From Somniosus microcephalus (taxonomy: Eukaryota), in contig CM126212.1 of the NCBI GenBank assembly GCA_052327205.1, positions 78,740,001-78,804,000 on the forward strand: a DNA stretch of 64,000 nt, in the 5' to 3' direction. Below the pieces are notes generated by a model, which was not told where the DNA came from, did not search any database, and saw only the letters and a program-made list of their open reading frames with translations. The position numbers were made by a program, and so were the translations under genes. This document shows positions 1-12,679 of the stretch, one piece after another; positions within the stretch are counted from its first letter, which is position 1; each line of letters opens with the position of its first letter.

Positions 1-263
1 CTTTGTAGGTGGTAGAGAGGCTTTGGGGAGTCAGGAAATTAGCTATTCACCACAGAATACACAACCTTTGACCTGCTCTAGTAGTCATCGCATTTATGTG
101 GCTGGTCCAGTTCAGTTTTTGGTCAATGGTGATCCCCATGATGTTGATGGTGGAGGCCTCAGTGATGGTCATCCCATTAAATGTCATGGGGAGGTGGCTA
201 TGCGTTCTTTTGTTGGAGGTGTTCATTGCCTGCACTTCTGTGGCATGAATGTCACTTGCCAAT

Positions 264-1828
264 TGTAGTGTATGTGCCTTTAAGGGGAGAACTACTTTTT
301 ACAGCTCCTGTATACTGTAGTACCGGCAGTGACCACACCTGTATATAACCCTGAGTAGGGATCTGTACTGTTTAGTTTTAGAGCAACCCTCATCCAGTAA
401 ACACCTGTTGATTGTTCCTCTGCAGTCTCTGGCGATTATTTGAAGGACACACTACCTAAAGATTCACGGATTCAACATTGGCGACGAGGATGAAAAGCCT
501 TGCTAGGGCTTATGTGTGGTGGCCGGGGATCGATCAGCAAATTGAGAACCTGACAAAGAGCTACTCAGGATGCCAGAAGGTCTAAAATGCACCACCACAT
601 GCCCCTCTACACCCATGGGAGTGGCCCTCCTCTCCATGGCAATGGGTGAATATTGATTTTGCTGGTCCATTCATGGACTCAATGTTCTTAATAGCCGTGG
701 ATGCGCACTCAAAATGGCCTGAGGTGATCAAAATGTCCTCCACCACCACGGAGAAAACGATTGCAGTCCTACAGACCATATTTGCCAGGAACGGCTTGCC
801 AGAGCAGATTTGCTCTGATAACGGACCACAGTTTGTGTCCGAAGAGTTTCGGAAATTTATGAAAAGGAATGGGGTAAGGCATTACACATCCGCCCCGTAT
901 CATCCAGCCACAAATGGATTGGCTGAGAGGTTCGTACAAACCTTTAAAAAGGCCGTAAGGGCCATGTGCGATGAAGACATTCCACTGCAGCATAAGGTGG
1001 ACAATTTCCTGTTAGCCTACAGAAATGCGACACATGCAGTTACCAACCAGACCCCGGCCATGATGTTCTTTAACCGAAGGTTGAGATCTCGTCTGGATTT
1101 GCTCAGACCAAATGTAGGAAGAAATGTTGAGAATAAGCAATTCCAGCACATCAATGAGAAGCTGACAAGGAGCTTCAATGTAGGGCAGCCAGTCTTGGCC
1201 TGCGACTACCAAACAGAGAAATGGCAACCAGGAACGATATGCACACGGCAGGGGCCACTAATGTACAGAGTGAATGTTGGGGAGAACATTGTGAGACGCC
1301 ATGTCGACCAGATCCTAGCGTCACAGGAACGAGTCAACCCCATGTCTCGCGTACCTGGTAATGAACCCGACATACAGGTAGCATCTACCCCAGAAACAGT
1401 AGTATCGGAAGCTGATGAACCAACCGACGACAGGGGGCCAGAATCGCCTCCGCACCAAGAGCAAGACACTCAGGAAAGGCGCTATCCAGAAAGAATCAGG
1501 AAGCCTCCCCAAAGACTGAATTTATAAATGGACTATTTTCAGTTAATGTTGCATGTTAAAAGTGTTAATTGTTAAATGAATGTTATGGTACTGTTAATCT
1601 AAAAGGGGAGGAATTGTAGTGTATGTGCCTTTAAGGGGAGAACTACTTTTTACAGCTCCTGTATACTGTAGTACTGGCAGTGACCACACCTGTATATAAC
1701 CCTGAGTAGGGATCTGTACTGTTTAGTTTTAGAGCAACCCTCATCCAGTAAACACCTGTTGATTGTTCCTCTGCAGTCTCTGTCGATTATTTGAAGGACA
1801 CACTACCTAAAGATTCACGGATTCAACA
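264..1828 (+). mobile_element. Internally deleted Ty3/Gypsy (Mag-like) LTR retrotransposon, integrase only
   Basis: 214-bp TG..CA LTRs at 264-477 and 1615-1828 (about 2 mismatches); 5-bp TSD ccaat/ccact; PBS TGGCGACGAGGATG (479-492), complementary to the tRNA-Ser(GCT) 3' end; PPT aaaaggggaggaa (1601-1613). Confidence 0.93.
490..1527 (+). pseudogene. Gypsy integrase (partial Zn finger, DDE core, C-terminal domain)
   Basis: MKSLARAYVWWPGID...CQKV*, with premature TAA at 583-585, in frame with ORF 646-1527 (IDFAGP, SDNGPQF, YHPATNGLAERFVQTFK, RHVDQ). Confidence 0.9.
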
Positions 1829-2767
1829 CCACTTATCAGTCCTGTTGTCCAGGTCTTGCTGCAAGTGGACATGGGCTGCTTCATTATCTGAGGAATTGTA
1901 AATGGAGCTGAACACTGTGCAATCAACCTCACTTCTGGCCTTATGATGGAAGGAAGATCATTGATGAAGCAGCTGAAGATAGATGGGTCTAGGACAGTGC
2001 CCTGAGGAACTCGTGTAGAAATGTTCTGTGGCTGAGATGATTGGCCTCAGATGATCACAGTCATCTTCCTTTGTGCTAGGTATGACTCCAGCCACTAGAG
2101 AGTTTTTCCCCCTGATCCCCATTGATTTACATTTTACTCGGGCTCCTTGGTGCCACACTTGGTCAAATGCTGCCTTGATGTCAAAGGCAGTCACTCTCAC
2201 CTCACCTCTAGAATTCAGCTCTTGTGTCCATGTTTGGACCAAGGCTGTAATGAGGTCTGGAGCCGAGTGGTTCTTGCAGAACCCAAACTGAGCATCGGTG
2301 AGCAGGTTATTGGTGAGTAAGTGCCGCTTGATAACACTGTCAATGACACCTTCCATCACTTTGCTGATGATTGAGAGTAGACTGATGGGGCAGTAATTGA
2401 TCGGATTGGATTTGTCCTGCTGCTGGTGGCTAGGACACGCCTGCACAATTTTCCATGTTGCCGGGTAAATGCCAGTATTGTAGCTATACTGGAACAGTTT
2501 AGCTAAGGGAGTTTAATTCTGGAGCACAGGTCATCAGCACTACAGCTGGGATATTGTCGGGAGCAGTAGCCTTTGCTGTGCTCATTGCACTCAACCATTT
2601 CTTGATGTTGTGGATCAAATTGGGTGAAAACTGGCATCTGTAATGGTGGAGACATCAGGAGGAGGCCGAGATGGATCATCCACTTGACACTTCTGCCTGA
2701 AGATGGTTGCAAAACCTTCAGCTTTGTCTTTTACGCTCACATGCTGCTATCCACCATCATTAAGGAT

Positions 2768-3060
2768 GAGAGAAAAAAAAAACTTGAATTTATATAACGC
2801 CTTTCACAACCACCGGATATCCCAAAGTACTTTACAGCCAATGAAGTACTTTTAAAGTGTAGTCACTGTTGTAATGTAGGAAACATGGCAGCCAATTTGC
2901 ACACAACAAGCTCCCACAAACAGCACTGTGATAATGACCAGATAGTCTGTTTTGTTATGTTGATTGATAGATAAATAATGGCCAGGACACCGGGGATAAC
3001 TCCCCTGCTCTTCTTCAAAATAGTGCCATGGGATCTTTCACGTCCCCCTGAGGGCAGACT
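2768..3060 (-). mobile_element. Deu-domain SINE (SacSINE1-like), 3' part
   Basis: Reverse complement matches the SINE copies at 56141-56564 and 30361-30640 (aaagatcccatggcactatttt...ggtgtcctggcc). Confidence 0.8.
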
Positions 3061-4601
3061 GATGGGATGTTCATGAGGCCTCCTCCTTCCATTAATTGCT
3101 TAATTGTCCACCACCAGTCACGGCTGGGTGTGGCAGGATGGCAGAGCTTTGACCTGATCAGTTTATAGCATGCTGCCTATGCTGTATAGCATGTATGTGT
3201 TGCAGCTTCACCAGGTTGTCTCCTCATTTTAAGTTACACCTGATACTGCTCCTGGCATACTCTTCTACACTCCTCTTTGAACCAATGTTGGTCATGTGGC
3301 TTGATGGTGTTGGAGGAATGAGGGATATGCCAAGCCATGAGGTTACAGATTGTAGTGGTATATAATTCTGCTGCTGCCGATGGCCCACAGCACCTTATGA
3401 ATGCCCAGTTTTGAGCTGCTAGATCTGTTCTTAATCTATCCCACTTAGCATGGTGGTGCCACATGATACAATTGGAGGGTGTCCTCAGTGTGAAGACTGG
3501 ACTTGGTCTCCACGAGGACTGTGCAGTGGTCATTCCTACCAACACTGTCATGGACATATGCTTCTGTGACAAGTGGATTGGCGAGGGTGAGGTTAAGTAG
3601 GTTATTCCTTTGCATTGGTTCTCTCACCACTTGCTGCAAGCCCAGTCTGGCAGCTACGTCCTTCAGCACTCGGCCACATAGAGGATATCTGTTCACAGTG
3701 ACTTACTGATGTTCACCCACAAGTGTGAAAGGGCCATAATTTCACAAGTACTGCAAGTGTGAGTTATGAATCTAATGCACAAGAGAAGGAATGCCGGTAA
3801 CACGCTGTCACCAGTGAGGTGCTGTTTTTATTACATGGGGCAGAGCAGTCTCTGGAATACTTAAGAGTAGCAGAGCATTCTGGGATTAATTGAAAGGCTG
3901 TCCAAAGATCATTCACTGGAACTGTTTTATATTTCATTTGTGTAAGTCACCCTCTGCTAGCCGGTGGAAATCTTCTTTTCCGTCACAGATTATTGTGAAT
4001 TAAGAAATCTCTGTTTTTCATTTTGATTTCTGTGATTTGGAAGTAAAAATCTAGATGATCTTTATTCTTTCAAGATATGGTGCACATTTGGAAAAATAGA
4101 GAATTAATTGAGTAATCGAAGAATACATTTAAGAGAATATTAAATGTATTGCCATCATACTCTAATTCCACAGCCTCCATCTGAGTCACGTTTATGTTAC
4201 TGTTGTTTACCATCTTTTTTAATGAAATACCTTATTTGTTATAAGCATTGGCCTAATAGATCTACAAATGCACTTCAGTTTTTACTTCTTTTTAAATTCA
4301 TTGTCCCAATTCACTTTAACAGAACTAACGAGAATAATGCCCCTGTGATGCTACCACATTTAGTCGAATCACAATCACATATTAAGAGTTAGGGGACATT
4401 CGTCTCAATTTCAGGATTGGAAAAGGGGGAGTCATACCCAGTCAAGCAAAATGGGTGGGGGGACAACATATCCCCTCAAGAGGTTGTGCCATAAAATGTA
4501 TTGAAAAGCCGAGTGCTAAACTTTCATTATTTCGTACATAAGCAGAAGAATGCACCTCCGCTAATCAATAAAAATTGGTGCATCCAGTGATAAAGCATTT
4601 A

Positions 4602-4984
4602 GGGGGAGAAATTCCCCACCCATGGGGGGGCGCTAATGGGGCGCAAAGGCCATTTCACCCGGCTGCGGCGCTAACCGCGCTTCCCGTCAAATTCCGTGGG
4701 AGATTAGCGGCGGCGCTACCGGGTTGCGCCCTGATCTCATGCGCCCAGAAATCGCGACGTCATCTTCGGGTGCATCGCCCTGGCAGAAAAATTCCCCTTC
4801 GCTGCCCCCTGCAGTCGGCTGGCCTGAAAAAAATGTCAGCTTTTTTGAAAAATGTTTTTTTGCTCCGGACGCGGGGTCCATGCCGTGATCGGTCAGCCCG
4901 GCACTCTGCTTGAGGTTAGGCGCTAACTTTTGCATTTTTTCTGATTTAACGCCCCAAACAGGACTCAAGGGGAATGTATAGCCC
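4602..4984. mobile_element. Harbinger-type MITE
   Basis: Imperfect TIRs ggggagaaattcccc / ggggaatgtatagccc, flanked by TTA/TTA; CpG-rich interior, no coding capacity. Confidence 0.7.
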
Positions 4985-5185
4985 TTAATCTCTGTATGCG
5001 TGTACTGATTGAATCACTTATTTAGATGTTCCAAAAGCATTCGTTTTCAGTTACAGGAAACAGTTGAGGAATCATAATCCTTTATGCACAATACACAGTC
5101 CTTTTGAGGATTGGGTCCAGTTCCCAGCCAAAGGCAGCGAGAGAACGCATCTCAACTTGTAATACAGTTCAGGAATCTATGGGCT

Positions 5186-5562
5186 TGTAGGAACGGCTAG
5201 ATTCCTAACTAAAGGACTGAGATCGAGTCAGTCTATTAAACAAACGATGTTTAATACTAATAAACAGAGTTTAACACTATAACAATGGAAAGCTGGATAA
5301 CAGGTCTGTACTGGTTGCTAGCTCCACGAGGACTGACTAGAGCCCCTCCCTGGTGGGACGTCATGACGTCATCACGTTTTCCCGCCGCTGGAGGATTACG
5401 TGATCAACGTGATGACGTCATCGCGTTGGGTCTTAGTCTTAAAGGGACCGCGCTATGTACATGCGATAATATGAACAGAGATACAGATTCATTCTGTAGC
5501 TAACAATTAGTTAAAGATAATTATGTACATAAGATCAGAGTCCCCTTGGTGGCTCTGCCACA
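5186..5562 (-). mobile_element. Solo LTR related to the Gypsy LTR at 20685-21039
   Basis: TGT..ACA ends, 4-bp TSD GGCT; reverse complement starts tgtggcagagccacca, ends ttcctaca, and shares gcgggaaa-cgtgatgacgtcatgacgtc and cctcgtgga blocks with the intact element's LTR. Confidence 0.88.
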
Positions 5563-5856
5563 GGCTGGACATTTACTGGGGCGAGTTGTGCAGGCGGGGA
5601 GGTGGTGTTTAGGACGGGAGGTCTGGGTTTCCCCGCATGCTGTGGGGTTTTAAATCCACAGCATGTGTCGTTCAGCCCTGACAGATTCCCTATCCAGAAG
5701 TCATCCTGATGCACAGGATTGGCTTCCAGTCAGGCAGGGAGCACTCCCAGAGCAGGCCGCAAGACCAGATAGGTCCGATCCCCGACCCCAGGGGGGTGGG
5801 CAGGAGGTGTCCAATCCGAAGGGGATCCAATCCCAGAGCGGTTCTGATCCCCAACC

Positions 5857-8170
5857 CCGGGGGTTATGATCCTGAAGGGGGCTCTGACCCTGACCCCGGG
5901 GGGGGCGGGGGGGCGGGGGCGGGGTTTCGATCCTGAAGGGGGCTCCGACCCTGACCCCGGGGGCGGGGGGGTTTCGATCCTTAAGGGGGCTCTGACCCTG
6001 ATCCCGGGGGCGGGGGAGGGGGGTTTGATCCTGGGAGGGGGAGGGGGTTTGATCCTGAAGGGAGCTCCAACCTTGACCCCGGGGGTGGGGGAGGGGGTTT
6101 CAATCCTGAAGGGGGCTCCAACCCTGACCCCGGAGGGGGGGGTTTCGATCCTGAAGGCAGCTCCGACCCTGACCCCGGGGGGGGGGGGGGGGGTTTCGAT
6201 CCTGAAGGCGGCTCCAACCCTGACCCCGGAGGGGGGGGTTTCGATCCTGAAGGCGGCTCCGACCCTGACCCCGGGGGGGGGGGGGGGGTTTCGATCCTGA
6301 AGGCGGCTCCAACCCTGACCCCGGGGGGGGGGGGGGGGGTTTCGATCCTGAAGGCAGCTCCGACCCTGACCCCGGGGGGGTGGGGTTTCGATCCTGAAGG
6401 CGGCTCCGACCCTGACCCCGGGGGGGTGGGGTTTCGATCCTGAAAGCGGCTCCAACCCTGACCCCGGGGGGGTGGGGTTTCGATCCTGAAGGCGGCTCCG
6501 ACCCTGACCCCGGGGGGGGGGCGGGGTTTTGATCCTGAAGGCGGCTCCGACCCTGACCCCGGGGGGGGGGCGGGGTTTTGATCCTGAAGGCGGCTCCGAC
6601 CTTAACCCGGGGGGGGGAGGGGGTTTCTATCCTGAAAGGGGTTCCGACCCTGACCCTGGAGGGAGGGGGGGTGGTTTCGATCCTGAAGGCGGCTCCGACC
6701 CTGACCCCGGGGGTGGTTTCGATCCTGAAGGGGGCTCCAACCCTGACCCCGGGGGGTGGTTTCGATCCTGAAGGGGGCTCCAACCCTGACCCTGGGGGTG
6801 GTTTCGATCCTGAAGGGGGCTCCAACCCTGACCCCGGGGGGGCGGGGTTTCGATCCTGAAGGGGGCTCCAACCCTGACCCCGGGGGGGCGGGGTTTCGAT
6901 CCTGAAGGCGGCTCCGACCCTGACCCCGGGGGGGGCGGGGTTTCGATCCTGAAGGGGGCTCCAACCCTGACCCTGGGGGTGGTTTCGATCCTGAAGGGGG
7001 CTCCGACCCTGACCCCGGGCGGGGTGGGGTTTCGATCCTGAAGGCGGCTCCGACCCTGACCCCGGGGGGGGCGGGGTTTCGATCCTGAAGGGGGCTCCGA
7101 CCCTGACCCTGGGGGTGGTTTCGATCCTGAAGGCGGCTCCGACCCTGACCCCGGGGGGGGCGGGGTTTCGATCCTGAAGGGGGCTCCGACCCTGACCCCG
7201 GGGGGGCGGGGTTTCGATCCTGAAGGGGGCTCCGACCCTGACCCCGGGGGGGCGGGGTTTCGATCCTGAAGGGGGCTCCGACCCTGACCCCGGGGGGGGC
7301 GGGGTTTCGATCCTGAAGGGGGCTCCGACCCTGACCCCGGGCGGGGGGTGGTTTCGATCCTGAAGGGGGCTCCGACCCTGACCCCGGGGGGGGGGCGGGG
7401 TTTCGATCCTGAAGGCGGCTCCGACCCTGACCCCGGGGGTGGTTTCGATCCTGAAGGGGGCTCCAACCCTGACCCTGGGGGTGGTTTCGATCCTGAAGGG
7501 GGCTCCGACCCTGACCCTGGGGGTGGTTTCGATCCTGAAGGGGGCTCCAACCCTGACCCTGGGGGTGGTTTCGATCCTGAAGGGGGCTCCGACCCTGACC
7601 CCGGGGGGGCGGGGTTTCGATCCTGAAGGCGGCTCCGACCCTGACCCCGGGGGGGGCGGGGTTTCGATCCTGAAGGCGGCTCCGACCCTGACCCCGGGGG
7701 GGGCGGGGTTTCGATCCTGAAGGGGGCTCCGACCCTGACCCCGGGGGTGGTTTCGATCCTGAAGGCGGCTCCGACCCTGACCCCGGGGGTGTTTTCAATC
7801 CTGAAGGGGGCTCCGACCTTGACCCTGGAGGGAGGGGGGGGGGGTTTCGATCCTGAAGGGGGCTCCGACCTTGACCCTGGACAGGGGGGGGTGGTTTCGA
7901 TCCAGAAGGGGGCTCCGACCCTGACCCTGGAGGGAGGGGGGGTGTTTTCAATCCTGAAGGGGGCTCTGACCCTGACCCTGGAGGGAGGGGGGGGGGGGTT
8001 TCGATCCTGAAGGGGGCTCCGACCCTGACCCCGGGGGTGGTTTCGATCCTGAAGGGGGCTCCGACCCTGACCCTGGACGGGGGGGGGGGGGTTTCGATCC
8101 TGAAGGGGGCTCCGACCCTGACCCCGCGGGTGGTTTCGATCCTGAAGGGGGCTCCGACCCTGACCCCGCG
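5857..8170. repeat. G-rich minisatellite, ~39-46 bp unit, roughly 55 copies
   Basis: Core GTTTCGATCCTGAAGG(G/C)GGCTCC(G/A)ACCCTGACCCC followed by a variable poly-G linker. Confidence 0.97.
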
Positions 8171-8729
8171 GGGGAGGGGGCGGGTCTGAGGCTGGGGGTG
8201 TTTGGGGCCCGGGAGGAAGAACTCCTGCCCCTCCTGGCCCACAAGGACGCCTTCCAGAGTCTCTCCTCGCCTAGCTGCAGCTGTCGGGTTTCCCCGAGGT
8301 CTGGGAAACCCGGCCAGCCAGAGTAAAACTTGCAAAGCTCATTAACATATTTAAAATGCCTACCCGCCTCCTGGGAGTGGGCTGGTTGCCCATTCCTTGT
8401 CCCGCCTCAGTAAAGTGGCGGGTTGGAGCCGGCTTCCTGACTCACTCGAAATTTTTGTTCAGTTAAATCCCCACCCCACCCATCCCCACCCCCCACCCAT
8501 CCCCACCCCCACCCATTCATCCTCACCCCACCCACCCATTCACCCATCCCCACCCACACCCAGGGCCACAGAAATAGAACATTGGTGGGGGTGCAATATA
8601 GGGTGGGGTGAGGCTGTGAGGGGATAAATGAGAAGATTTTAAATTTAATGTGTTTAGCAATTAGGAGCCATTATAGGTCAGCAAAGACAGAGATGGTGGA
8701 TGAGCAGGAGTCAGTGAGGAGGATAGCAG

Positions 8730-9600
8730 CAGATTTCAGGAGCACATGGACAGACTGGTGAAATGGGCAGACACATGGCAGATGAAATTAAATGCAGAGA
8801 AGTGTGAAATGATGCATTTTGGTAGGAGGTATGAGGAGAGGCGATATAAACTAAATGGCACAATTTTAAAGAGGGTGAAGGAATACAGAGAACTGGGGGT
8901 TGATATACACAAATCTCTAAAGGTGGCAAGACAAGTTGTTAAAAATGCATATGGGATCCCAGGCTTTATAATTGGAGGCGTAGAGTACAAAAGCAAGGAA
9001 ATTATGCTAAACCTTTATAAAATACTGGCTCGGCTTCAGTTGTAGTATTGTGTTCTATTCTGGGCACCATACTGTAGGAAGAATGCCAAGGCTCTGGAGA
9101 TGGTGCAGAGGAGATTTACGAGAATGGTACCAGGGATGAGAGACTTCAGTTATGTGATTAGACTAGAGAAGCTGAGATTGTTCTCCTTAGAGAAGAGAAG
9201 TATAAGGGAAGATTTAATAGAGGTGTTCAAAATCATGAACGGTTTTGATAGAGTAAATAAGGAGAAACTGTTTTCTGTGGCAGAAGGGTCAGTAACTAGA
9301 GGACTCAGACTTAAGATAATTGGCAAAAGAACCAGAGGGTAGATAGAATCATAGAATGAGGGGGCATTTTTTTAATGCAGCGAGTTGTTGTGATCTGGAA
9401 TGTGCTGCCTGAAAGGGTGGTGGAAGCAGATTTAATAGTAACTTTCGAAAGGGAATTGGATAAATATTTGAAGTGGAAAAATTTGCAGGGCTGTGGGGAA
9501 AGAGCAGGGGAGTGGGATTAATTGGAGAGCTCTCTCAATTAGCTGACAGGTACGATGGGCCGAATGGCCTCCTTCTGTGCTGTATGATATGGTTCCATGA
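8730..9600 (+). mobile_element. CR1-type LINE, 5'-truncated 3' fragment
   Basis: [37 protein letters not shown] motifs; gggccgaatggcctccttctgtgctgta tail. Confidence 0.9.
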
Positions 9601-10458
9601 AGAGAATTAAAGATTCTCAATGATGTTCATCTACTATTATTCTGCAGTGTTTCCCAGAACCAGTTCAGGTGCCAATTAGTTAAATTTTGCCCCGCCTTTA
9701 ACTGTAACTAATCAGTTTTAATCAGTGATTTGTAATCAATCAGCGACAGTGACATTCAAATTCAGAATAGAGGACACACATAAAGGAGTCACTGCTCTCA
9801 GAAAGTAAACCACCACATGACATCTGGGAAATAAATCAATCACAGGCAGTAGACAGCACCAAAGTTTTTTTTGTAAAGCCATTAATTCCCTGTCATCTCT
9901 AATATATTAAACAACTTGCATATAACTCTGCAGTTACTTCCTGCAACACACCCTCCATCAAACTTTGTTGAGAACCCACACTGGGGGACACTCAAAGCCC
10001 ACCTGATGCAATTTTCAGGCAAGCCTGCATTAGGTGAACAGTTTGCTCATCAGATTCATGCAGGAGACTGTTTAAAAATGCGATCAGGGTCCTACATCGC
10101 ACATATGTGTACCAGACGATGAGCGGCCCAACCAATGGTCCTTAAAGGACTGGCGGCCATGCCACAAAAGGCCCGTAAAGCTGATTTTGTCATTGGGGAC
10201 GGGCTGGGGGCGTTGTCAGGTGGTCGCCGTGTCAGGATCCCGACTCCGATGTAAAGTGGGACAAAAGTGCGATTTTGCCCTAATTGGGCACTTGATTTCC
10301 AGCGTGTGGAAACCCCTGGCCCAATGAGCCTTTTCATACAGAAACTCGCCTCCGATGACATCATCAATGCTGCTGGATTTAAGGCCTGCAAGCAGCCTTG
10401 CTTCTTTTTCAGCCTTTCAACTTTGTGACCATTGTTTTGAGTGATTCCTTCTGCAAGT

Positions 10459-12421
10459 ATGTCCAACTCTAGACCAAAGTGTGCACCTAGATTTGATGAG
10501 GCCTCCCTCCAAGTTCTGGTGGAGGGAGCAAGAGCAAACAAGGAGGTGCTCTTTCCTTCCTCAGGCGGGAAAAAGCCTCCACAGCAGACGAAAGCTGTGT
10601 GGCTGCAAGTGGCACAGGAGGTCAATGCTATTTCTATGTGCAGCAGAACCTGGCTGCAATACCGAAAGGGGTTTCATGACATTCTCCGCACAGGAAAAGT
10701 GAGTATTACATTCTCATCACCCTCAATCTGATCCCCATTGCCTCTCATCACCAGCACTCTGCTTTGTCAAGCTCCTCCTGCACATCCCACTTCACCCTTA
10801 TATCCCTGCACCCTTACCCATTCCCTCACTCTCTATGTTCTCATTCACTGAACTATTCGACTATGCAGGCCTTACACTCCCCATCACTGTGATGCAATGC
10901 CAACAGCTTACAACACACAGGGAGGGCTCTTGGTCTTGCCACCTCACTCCTTCTTTGTCTCCTTCTAAGCATCTATGCTATGGATTCTCTACACTCACTC
11001 CTTCATTCTCACTCAAACTCCACTTGTGTCCCTCATTGCAGGAAAAGAGAGCCCACAATAAGAGGGAAAGGGCGAGGACAGGAGGATGGCCACCCTCAAT
11101 AGCCCAGCTCACCAATGCAGAGGAGGCAGCCCTGGAGATCGTGGGAGTCAAGGAAGATGCACAAGTGGGGGATGGACAGATGGGCGCATCACAGCAAGCT
11201 GGTGACAGAATAGTTTTGCATCTCTCTCATTGACACTGCATGAGTGACTGATAATGGTCCTGATGCTCTAACAGATTGAATTATGATCATCTGCACAATT
11301 CAAGTTGCATGCAACCTTTATCTCACATCTCTAACTCTTTCCTTTACTCCCCCACAGGACCATCGAGAGCCCCCGTCCCCACTGTCCAGGAGGAACAGCC
11401 TGAGCCTCAAGGCTCCTCAGAGGAAGCTGCAACCTCTGAGGGTGCAGCGTCAGCAGAATTCAGTGCACCCAGCACCAGCGCAGACACTCACACCTCAGTG
11501 GGACCTTCGGGAGATAGAGTAGAGTTGTCACCTGGTGTATCACAGATCACAAGCATGCATCAGCAGATGGTGGAGATAGGGACAGCAGTGGAGAGTCGTC
11601 GTCAGAGGGCGCAGGACTCTGCCAGCTCGGCTCAGCTGCATGTCGACCCTATGCCTCTGGATCCATCCAGCAGGCAGGTGCAGGAGTCTCTGGCAGGTTT
11701 TGTCCCCAGGGTCGCTGCAAGTGTGGAGCGAATGGAGGAGTCCACCGCAAACATGAGCAGCGCCTTTGTGGAGGCATTGGTGCATGAACGCATCACCACG
11801 GAAAGAATGGCAACCTCCGTGGAAAGGATGGCTACCTCCGTGGTAAGGCTGGCTACCATAGAGGAGTGGATAGCTATGGCCATGGAGGAGCTTAGTCACC
11901 AGGGTATTGAAAACATGGTGATTGTTCAGAATAGACTGACATCTCTTGAGAAGCGATGGTCAGCTATTGAGCAGAGAAACCAGACCTTCATGGAAGTCCT
12001 CTGGAGTAGGACTTCCAGTGCAGAAAGGGGTCCTCATGGCCCCCCTGAAGTGCAGCAAGGTGCTGTCAAGCCACTTGCCAACTCTGAAGTGGGGCTGACC
12101 CATGAGAGGGATGTTGGTGGCAAAGAACAAGGAAGTGGGGGCTCCTCTCCAAGTGCTCACACAACCATGCCACTGCAAAACCCTCGGTCAGAGCCCCACC
12201 AGAGTCCTCACCCAACTAAGATGGGCGTCTCAGCCCCTGCACAGCTGCAGGAGCAGCAGACTTTTGCCGAGCCCTCACAGGCTCGCACCCCCAGAGGACA
12301 CCCGCCAAAGGTGTTGAGACAGGAGCAGCAAGAAAGTGAGTAAGGGGCCTCCACATCTGCTGAAGCCACAGGGGAAGCACCATGTAGGAGCACGCGTAAG
12401 AGGAAGATAAAGCACAAGTAG
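10459..12421 (+). pseudogene. Harbinger Myb/SANT-like (trihelix) DNA-binding protein, 3 exons: 10459-10698, 11042-11201, 11358-12421
   Basis: APRFDEASLQVLV...W...V...RTWLQYRKGFHDI Myb/SANT pattern; GT-AG introns with matching phases (0, 1); exon 2 EKRAHNKRERARTGG; probable premature TAA at 12341 before RSTRKRKIKHK*. Confidence 0.85.
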
Positions 12422-12679
12422 TCACAAGGGTAGTCACTTGGGTGTTCTGTTGTGTTTATTTTTGAAAAGCCATCCGTGAATTGTGATGATAAACAAATTT
12501 GATGGCAAACTGTTGAAGTTGTGGCCTGTGTCATTTCAAAAATGGGACTTCCACATTGAGGCTTTAGGGCGACTTGCAATTGTCAGTATGGAGGTTAGAG
12601 TGATAGGAATCCGCAGGTTCTTGGCCATTGTCGATGCTCTGGTAAGAAGGTGCGATGCAAACGTGTTTAATTGTGCAGG

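Larger units (their letters stand above)
1..3680 (-). mobile_element. Degenerate non-LTR retrotransposon ORF2 (endonuclease-RT, CR1/L2/Jockey group), interrupted by an LTR element (264-1828) and a SINE (~2768-3060)
   Basis: Minus ORF fragments 1958-2446 (NYCPISLLSIISKVME...AQFGF...FDIKAAFDQVWH), 47-262 (IMGITIDQKLNWTSHI) and 3445-3696 (LQQVVREP...DHCTVLV) are colinear LINE motifs; sequence reads through the empty LTR insertion site. Confidence 0.85.
5181..8580. mobile_element. Harbinger-type non-autonomous element hosting the solo LTR and the minisatellite (right end approximate)
   Basis: Left end gggct|ggacattt split by the LTR; 8220-8400 shares ctcctggcccacaag, gggaaacccg, ctcattaacat and cccgcctc blocks with the MITE at 15556-16402. 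Confidence 0.6.

Noticed and set aside
5857-8170. CRISPR-like appearance (constant repeat plus variable spacer)
   Set aside because: The linkers are short poly-G runs, not unique spacers; no cas genes; eukaryotic context
5730-8335. Long Pro/Gly-rich ORFs (up to 577 aa)
   Set aside because: By-products of a stop-poor GC-rich tandem repeat, with frames shifting at each poly-G run
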